Origin: Microcystis aeruginosa NIES-843
GTDB lineage: Bacteria > Cyanobacteriota > Cyanobacteriia > Cyanobacteriales > Microcystaceae
Assembly (NCBI RefSeq): GCF_000010625.1
Contig: NC_010296.1
Location: forward strand, 3,390,001 to 3,422,000
DNA length: 32,000 nt
Reading direction: 5' to 3'
Shown in pieces: positions 26,423-32,000 of this stretch. The position numbers and the translations under genes are program-made. Below the pieces are notes generated by a model, which had not been told where the DNA came from, ran no database searches, and saw only the letters and a list, made by a program, of their open reading frames with translations. Within the stretch, counting starts at the first letter, position 1. Every line of letters begins with the position of its first letter.

Positions 26423-27283
26423 ATGACCATTATTAACGGAAAAACCAAGTTATTAGGCGTAATCGGCGATCCTATCGGCCATACTCTTTCTCCCCCCATG
26501 CACAATGCCGCTATCGATGCCTTGGGGCTAAATTATGTCTATCTTCCCCTACCTATCGCCCCGGAAAATTTAGAAACTGCGATCGCTGGCTTGTCCGCCA
26601 TTGATCTAGAGGGTTTTAGCGTCACAATTCCCCATAAATTAGCAATTATTCCCTTATTATCGCAAATTACGGAGAAAGCAAGGCTAGTGGGCGCAGTTAA
26701 CACCGTCTGGCGCACGGAAACCGGCTGGCAGGGAACGAATACCGATGTGGATGGCTTTCTCGCACCCTTGAAATCCCTTGACAAAGATTGGAGTCAGGTG
26801 AATCCAGTTATTTTAGGCAATGGCGGCGCTGCCCGGGCGGTGGTGGTGGCTTGCGCCCAGTTGGGCTGTGGCGAAATTCATGTGGTAGGACGCAATCAAA
26901 AGAAATTAGATCCTTTTAAAGAAAGTTGGGCGAATACAAGCCTCTATGACCTCCTAGAAGTGCATAGCTGGGACGAATTAGAGGGGCTGGTATCCACCAC
27001 AGAACTCCTGATTAATTCTACCCCGATCGGAATGTCCCCCCAGGGCGAACAATCCCCTGTTGAGTTAGAATTATTAGACCTTTTACCGCCATCGGCGATC
27101 GCCTACGATCTAATTTATAATCCCCGGCCGACCAAATTTCTGCGGTTGGCCCGGACTAGAGGGATAAGAATTATTGATGGGTTAGAAATGTTAGTTAATC
27201 AGGGAGCGATCGCACTAGAAATCTGGTTAGGTCAACCCGTCCCCGTCTCGGTCATGCGGGAAGCTTTGTTAAAACAATTCTAA
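26423..27283 (+). CDS. aroE: Shikimate 5-dehydrogenase
   Basis: MTIINGKTKLLGVIGDPIGHTLSPPMHNAA...SVTIPHK...GAVNT...NTDVDGF...LGNGGAARA is the canonical AroE motif series. I prefer the ATG at 26423 over the ORF-track start at 26384, which would include the terminator. Confidence 0.9.
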   Translation: MTIINGKTKLLGVIGDPIGHTLSPPMHNAAIDALGLNYVYLPLPIAPENLETAIAGLSAIDLEGFSVTIPHKLAIIPLLSQITEKARLVGAVNTVWRTETGWQGTNTDVDGFLAPLKSLDKDWSQVNPVILGNGGAARAVVVACAQLGCGEIHVVGRNQKKLDPFKESWANTSLYDLLEVHSWDELEGLVSTTELLINSTPIGMSPQGEQSPVELELLDLLPPSAIAYDLIYNPRPTKFLRLARTRGIRIIDGLEMLVNQGAIALEIWLGQPVPVSVMREALLKQF

Positions 27284-27312
27284 ATGCTAAAGTTCTATTT
27301 CTGGCTTGATTT

Positions 27313-28356
27313 ATGACCCCTTCTAGCTCCTTTTGGAAAACTCTGAATAACTCGATTCTAGTGCGCTATCTATTATTATTTGGCTGTGGCTGGAGTCTAA
27401 TTATCTTAATTAACTATTTCTACGGGATGATCGCTATTTTTACTGGTTCGGCAGTCCTGGCCGCTCTATTAAATTATCCCGTGGTTTGGTTATCCCGTTA
27501 TCTACCGAGAGGACTAGCCATTGCTATTACCACCCTAGTAGCTTTTATCCTCCTATTTAGATTAGTCACAGGCATAGGATTAGAAGCGGTTAATCAGGGG
27601 AGAGGACTACTATTTAATCTTACCGATGCCCTTAGTCAAAAAGATTTTTTACCCTTTCAAGACTTTCTCGATCGATTAGATTTAAATAAAATGGTGGGAA
27701 GCTTACAAACCGGTTTAGCCACGGGTTTATCGCTCGTACAGGGAGTTTTTTCCAGTGTCTTTACGGGCATTTTCGGGGCGGTGATCAGTGTTTATATGCT
27801 CATCGACGGTGATAAACTCTGGCGAAGTTTTTTGCAACTTCTCCCCATAGCATACCGGGAGCGTTTTGCCAAGTCTTTTCGACAAAGTTTTCTGGGATTT
27901 ATTCGCGGGCAACTGTTGTTAATGCTCTTTTTATCCGTGACGAGTTTCTTAAGTTTTTCCCTATTAGGAATCAAATATGGGCTAATTTTAGCGAGCATTC
28001 TCGGTGTTATCGATGCTATCCCGGGTGTCGGGGCAACCCTGGGCATTTTGTTGGTAACTATCTTGACTTTTACCTCCCAGGGACTAGCAATTGCCGTTAA
28101 AGCTTTTATTGTCTGTGTTGTCTTGGTGCAAATTCAAGATAATATTCTTCGCCCTAAAGTTATGGGCAATGCCCTAGAATTAAACCCAGTAATTTTATTT
28201 TTATCTCTCTTTATCGGCGAAAGAGTTGCGGGATTATTAGGAATTTTTCTCTCCATTCCTATCGCCGGAATGATTGCGATCTGGATCGGATCGAGCGAAG
28301 AAAAACCAATAACAGCTTTAGAGGAAAATCAGTTAGGAGAAAGTCAAGAGAATTAA
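27313..28356 (+). CDS. AI-2E family transporter (PerM/UPF0118)
   Basis: 347 aa with about 8 TM segments. The conserved distal region IDAIPGVGATLG...RPKVMG...LNPVILFLSL is typical of the family. Confidence 0.75.
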   Translation: MTPSSSFWKTLNNSILVRYLLLFGCGWSLIILINYFYGMIAIFTGSAVLAALLNYPVVWLSRYLPRGLAIAITTLVAFILLFRLVTGIGLEAVNQGRGLLFNLTDALSQKDFLPFQDFLDRLDLNKMVGSLQTGLATGLSLVQGVFSSVFTGIFGAVISVYMLIDGDKLWRSFLQLLPIAYRERFAKSFRQSFLGFIRGQLLLMLFLSVTSFLSFSLLGIKYGLILASILGVIDAIPGVGATLGILLVTILTFTSQGLAIAVKAFIVCVVLVQIQDNILRPKVMGNALELNPVILFLSLFIGERVAGLLGIFLSIPIAGMIAIWIGSSEEKPITALEENQLGESQEN

Positions 28357-28423
28357 GGGCTGATACCCAGTCTCTACTATACAATTAGAGAAATTTGTTA
28401 TCCACAAAACTCGATCGCTACCT

Positions 28424-29404
28424 ATGGAAAACCTAGATTTAAAGAAATCCTCGCCCCTCTTATTTATCTCACCGTTTTTTCTCTGGGGAACAGCGATGGT
28501 AGCGATGAAGGGTGTTATCCCCCATACTACCCCCCTATTTATGGCGGCAATTCGCCTTGTTCCCGCCGGAATGTTAGTTTTAATAGTAGCTTGGTTTTTA
28601 GGTCGTCCTCAGCCCAAAACCCTGCAAGCGTGGCTATGGATTGCCCTTTTTGCTCTGATGGATGCCACTCTTTTTCAAGGTTTTCTGGCATTGGGATTAA
28701 ATCGCACCGGGGCAGGGTTAGGATCGGTAATTATTGACTCTCAACCTCTAGCGGTGGCTTTAATGTCGAGTTGGCTATTTAAAGAAGTTATCGGTGTCTG
28801 GGGGTGGTTGGGATTGGGTTTAGGAATTGGGGGAATTAGTTTAATTGGCTTGCCCGATCAATGGTTTTATGACTTTTTTGGACAAAAAGCGGTAAATATT
28901 GACTTTAGCTGGCAAGAATTACTAAATAGCGGCGAAATGCTGATGCTTTTGGCTTCCCTATCCATGGCGGTGGGAACAGTCTTAATCCGGTTTGTCTGTC
29001 GTCATGCGGATCCCGTCAGCGCCACAGGATGGCACATGATTTTAGGGGGATTGCCGCTATTTTTAGCTTCAGGTTTCAGAGAATCCCATCAATGGCAGAA
29101 TATCGATTTGAATGGTTGGTTAGCTTTAAGTTATGCCACGATTTTTGGTAGTGCGATCGCCTATGGAATATTCTTTTATTTAGCCGCCAAGGGCAATTTA
29201 ACCAGTTTAAGTTCTTTAACTTTTTTAACTCCGGTTTTTGCCCTCACTTTCGGGAATTTATTCCTCGGTGAGATGTTAAGTGTATTGCAATGGGTGGGGG
29301 TATCTTTAACCCTCGTTAGTATTTATTTAATCAATCAAAGGGAAAGAATCGCCCCACAAGTGCGAGCAATTTTTGCTAATCTTTCCTCTGCTTCCGTGAA
29401 GTAA
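28424..29404 (+). CDS. EamA/DMT-superfamily transporter
   Basis: 326 aa with about 10 TM segments in two homologous halves, each ending in a G-rich helix. The pattern matches duplicated EamA domains. Confidence 0.75.
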   Translation: MENLDLKKSSPLLFISPFFLWGTAMVAMKGVIPHTTPLFMAAIRLVPAGMLVLIVAWFLGRPQPKTLQAWLWIALFALMDATLFQGFLALGLNRTGAGLGSVIIDSQPLAVALMSSWLFKEVIGVWGWLGLGLGIGGISLIGLPDQWFYDFFGQKAVNIDFSWQELLNSGEMLMLLASLSMAVGTVLIRFVCRHADPVSATGWHMILGGLPLFLASGFRESHQWQNIDLNGWLALSYATIFGSAIAYGIFFYLAAKGNLTSLSSLTFLTPVFALTFGNLFLGEMLSVLQWVGVSLTLVSIYLINQRERIAPQVRAIFANLSSASVK

Positions 29405-29410
29405 ACATGA

Positions 29411-29576
29411 GTGTTGGGTGTTGGGTGTTGGGTGTTGGGTTTTAGGGTTTTAGGGTTTTGAGGGATTAGTTAAAATTTCCCCATTTCCCCATTTCCCCAT
29501 CCCCCTATTTCCCTATCCCCCTATTTCCCTATCCCCCTATTTCCCTATCCCCCCATTTCCCCATTTTCCTATCCCC
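29411..29576. repeat. Composite microsatellite: (GTGTTGG)x4, (GGGTTTTA)x3, (CCCCATTT)n, (CCCTATCCCCCTATTT)x3
   Basis: Read directly from the sequence. It fills the gap between the convergent genes, and its right part encodes the last residues of the minus-strand methyltransferase ORF. Confidence 0.9.
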
Positions 29577-30875
29577 AATCTCTGATTTATACCCAAAAGC
29601 AACTAACTCAAATTCCGTCCGAATTACCTCGACTCTGGCAAAATTTGCTTCTTGTAATTTCCGGTTGAGATTTTGAGAGGTAAAACCAGTTTTATGAGCC
29701 ATATAGGGCATCCCGGGAACTTCTGTTCCCATGCCGTAAAACATCCACAAAGCGCGCACGGGACCTCCGGGAGAAATATATAAAGGTTCATTTTCCATAT
29801 CGCCTCTAGCGACAAATTCGGCGGCAGTTTGCATATCGGGAACCACGATCATCAAAAAGCCTTCGGGTTTAAGAATGCGTTTAAATTCCTCTAGGGCGAT
29901 GGGAACTTCGTAATGATAAATATGTTCTAGATTATGACTAGAAAAAACCGCATCGACGGAGTTATCGGGAACGGCACTTAAATCGGTAATAGTTCCTAAA
30001 ATATCAGGGTTAACAGCAGTATTGATATCGAGGCGAATTTCTTGCCAATTGCCATCGCGGAATAGTTGGGGTAAAGCTTCGGGATTATAGGGACCACAAC
30101 CCACATTTAAAACCAGTTTTTTCGGGGATTTTAGCGCTGTTATCTCTGGGGGAGCATTCCAAGCTAATAAACAAATATTTTTCAAACCAAGCAAACCGTG
30201 ATTAGCGACTTGATCATCTAAAATTATCTGGGCTTGGGGATGGGTTTTAATAAAATCTTTTATCGCCTGTTGGAGAGCAGGATGCTGACATTTATTGATG
30301 ATAATTAAAGCGGAATCAGACCAGAATTTTTTGGCTAAAAGTAAGGAGATCAAAAGCGATCGATAGTCTTCGGCGGCATCGTAGTAATAAACTCCCAGCT
30401 TTTCTTCACTGTTTAATTCTTCGAGATCATCGAAAAAGTTTTCCGTTTCTTGATCGCTTAAAAATATCTGTTCTGATAGTTGAAAATCCTCCAAATCCTC
30501 AGATAATATAGTTAGCTTTTCTCCCGATGGATCGTATTTAAAAAAAGCTTCTACGCCATAACCGCAGCGATCGCTATTATCGCAGAAAGCGGCGACTAAA
30601 CTACCGCGACGAAAACAACCCACTTGACAGTAAACCTCGTCCGGTTGCAGACAGGCAACGGCGAGATTGAGCAGGGGAAAGAGATTGCGATCGGGATAGG
30701 AGGCGGTTTTTTCGCTTAAAAGGGTTAATTGCTCGGAAATAGGCGACATCAAAGGCGATCCCCAATCCTGATACTGTTGGGGCAGTTTTTCTAAGAATTT
30801 CTGTAAATCCATGCTCTTGCAAAAGTGACGATCCTCACCCTTAATCATAGATCGTTGTGTTAGGGATGAAGTCAC
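29529..30875 (-). CDS. Two-domain protein with a C-terminal class I SAM-dependent methyltransferase
   Basis: The C-terminal half has LVLNVGCGPYN...VDAVFSSHNLEHIY...LKPEGFLMIVVPD (Methyltransf_11-like motifs I, II and III). The start is ambiguous: GTG at 30875, or ATG at 30812 (MDLQKFLEKLPQQ). The last ~16 aa (GDRKMGKWGDREIGG) are encoded by the microsatellite. Confidence 0.7.
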   Translation of the reverse strand: MTSSLTQRSMIKGEDRHFCKSMDLQKFLEKLPQQYQDWGSPLMSPISEQLTLLSEKTASYPDRNLFPLLNLAVACLQPDEVYCQVGCFRRGSLVAAFCDNSDRCGYGVEAFFKYDPSGEKLTILSEDLEDFQLSEQIFLSDQETENFFDDLEELNSEEKLGVYYYDAAEDYRSLLISLLLAKKFWSDSALIIINKCQHPALQQAIKDFIKTHPQAQIILDDQVANHGLLGLKNICLLAWNAPPEITALKSPKKLVLNVGCGPYNPEALPQLFRDGNWQEIRLDINTAVNPDILGTITDLSAVPDNSVDAVFSSHNLEHIYHYEVPIALEEFKRILKPEGFLMIVVPDMQTAAEFVARGDMENEPLYISPGGPVRALWMFYGMGTEVPGMPYMAHKTGFTSQNLNRKLQEANFARVEVIRTEFELVAFGYKSEIGDRKMGKWGDREIGG

Positions 30876-30943
30876 TGCCTTAATTGTGGAAGAGTGCTAA
30901 TCTGATCTATTAGCCCATCAGCACAAGTAGACCAACTTCTGAT

Positions 30944-32000
30944 ATGCCCTACAACTGCTTCCAGATCAAATTTTGGGGAGTACGGGGGAGTATTCCCTGT
31001 CCAGGTTCGGAAACCGTTCGTTATGGTGGTAATACTTCCTGTGTGGAGATGCAAGTCGGTAGAGAAAGATTAATTTTTGACGGTGGTACAGGGTTACGCA
31101 TCCTAGGACAGTCTTTGATGGCAGAAAGTCCAGCGAAAGCCCATTTATTTTTCAGCCACTCCCATTGGGATCATATTCAAGGTTTTCCTTTTTTGGCTCT
31201 TCGGTAATTGTTATGCAATGGACGGGGGTTATAAGGGATGGAACCCTTATATAGAAAGGCATTTAGCGATTTTTGTCAATTATTTTTGATCTAGAGCGAA
31301 CTAATCAATTAAGTCTCTTACCAGATAAGGATTTAGTCGATTTATGACCCCCTATCGAACCATACCAAGTAACGAAGAACCCCTTTTTTTATCCCTGCTT
31401 TTATCCGGGGCAATACTTTTAAAATCTACGCAGTTCCCTCCCCCAACGGGGCAACCATCAAGCAAAAATTACACGATCAGATGTCACATCCCAATTTTCC
31501 CGTGCCTTTGCAGATTATGCGGGCCGATTTAGAATTTTATAATCTAGAAATGGGCGAAACCCTCCACTGTGGGGATGTCACCGTCGAAACCCGTCCTTTA
31601 AATCATCCAGGAGAAGCGGTGGGTTATCGGGTAAATTGGCAGGGTTTATCGGCAGCTTATATTACCGATACCGAACATTTTCCCGATCGCTTTGATGATA
31701 ACGTTCTGGCTTTAGCCCGGCAAGCGGATGTGATGATTATTGATGCTACCTACACCGATGAGGAATACAACGATCCTAAGTATTCTAAGGTGGGTTGGGG
31801 TCATTCCACTTGGCAGCAGGCAGTCAAAATCGCCCGGGCAGCGCAAGTTAAGCAGTTAGTTCTATTTCATCACGATCCCGCCCATAATGACGATTTTCTT
31901 GATCGCATTGGGGAAGAGGCAAGAAAGATTTTCCCTGAAACTATTCTCGCCCGGGAAGGACTTTCGATCGAATTGCGGCCGGGAGATGATCAGATAGATG
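30944..32000 (+). pseudogene. MBL-fold metallo-hydrolase interrupted by a MITE (3' end beyond the window)
   Basis: The upstream part reads IKFWGVRGSIPCPG...YGGNTSCVEM...FFSHSHWDHIQGFPF (HxHxDH motif) and hits a TAA at 31205 inside the insert. Removing 31195..31389 restores ...GFPFFIPAFIRGNTFKIYAVPS...LNHPGEAVGYRV...GHSTWQQAV...LFHHDP in one frame. Confidence 0.85.
31195..31381. mobile_element. MITE family B, copy 3 (187 bp, 8-bp TSD CCTTTTTT), inserted in the MBL-fold gene
   Basis: The TIRs are GGCTCTTCGGTAATTG and CAAGTAACGAAGAACC, matching at 13 of 16 positions. CCTTTTTT lies at 31187..31194 and again at 31382..31389. Confidence 0.88.

Noticed and set aside
31344-31532. 62-aa plus-strand ORF in the ORF track.
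   Set aside because: It starts inside the MITE and is out of frame with the downstream MBL-fold coding sequence. It is an insertion artefact.

Overview
This window is a cyanobacterial chromosomal segment. The HIP1 palindrome GCGATCGC recurs at least 8 times (e.g. 1379-1386, 1651-1658, 3957-3964), and there are many heptamer/octamer microsatellites and MITEs. It looks most like Microcystis. All calls come from reading the sequence and recalling motifs; no database search was run.

The centre (about 9.2-17.2 kb) is a complete gas-vesicle (gvp) cluster. It has three tandem gvpA copies encoding identical proteins, then gvpC (33-aa repeats), gvpN, gvpJ, gvpX, gvpK, gvpF, gvpG, gvpV on the opposite strand, and gvpW. 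This order matches what I recall for Microcystis aeruginosa.

The lead candidate for something undescribed sits directly downstream of gvpW on the same strand:
- A tandem two-domain ArsA/Get3-type ATPase starts only 12 nt after the gvpW stop. There is no ars context, and the C-terminal half has no cysteine.
- A double-AAA+ Cdc48-like unfoldase follows. It is separated from the ArsA-like gene only by a recent 122-bp MITE.
- I propose, as inference only, that the two form a chaperone/unfoldase module linked to the gas-vesicle cluster.

Other content:
- The C-terminal half of a split-intein dnaE (36-aa IntC followed by CFNKSH).
- A hybrid response-regulator/histidine kinase.
- A tail-anchored coiled-coil protein built from 33-bp repeats.
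- An O-antigen-ligase-like membrane protein and an M42 peptidase.
- glsA, aroE, and AI-2E, EamA and GPH/MFS transporters.
- A methyltransferase whose 3' end runs into a microsatellite.

The accessory DNA includes:
- Three MITE families with defined terminal inverted repeats (TIRs) and target-site duplications (TSDs). One copy cleanly splits an MBL-fold hydrolase gene.
- A decayed ISAs1-like transposase remnant upstream of gvpA.
- A truncated glycosyltransferase.
- A hairpin-plus-TCAA module upstream of both gvpN and gvpK, with the end geometry of IS200/IS605 elements.
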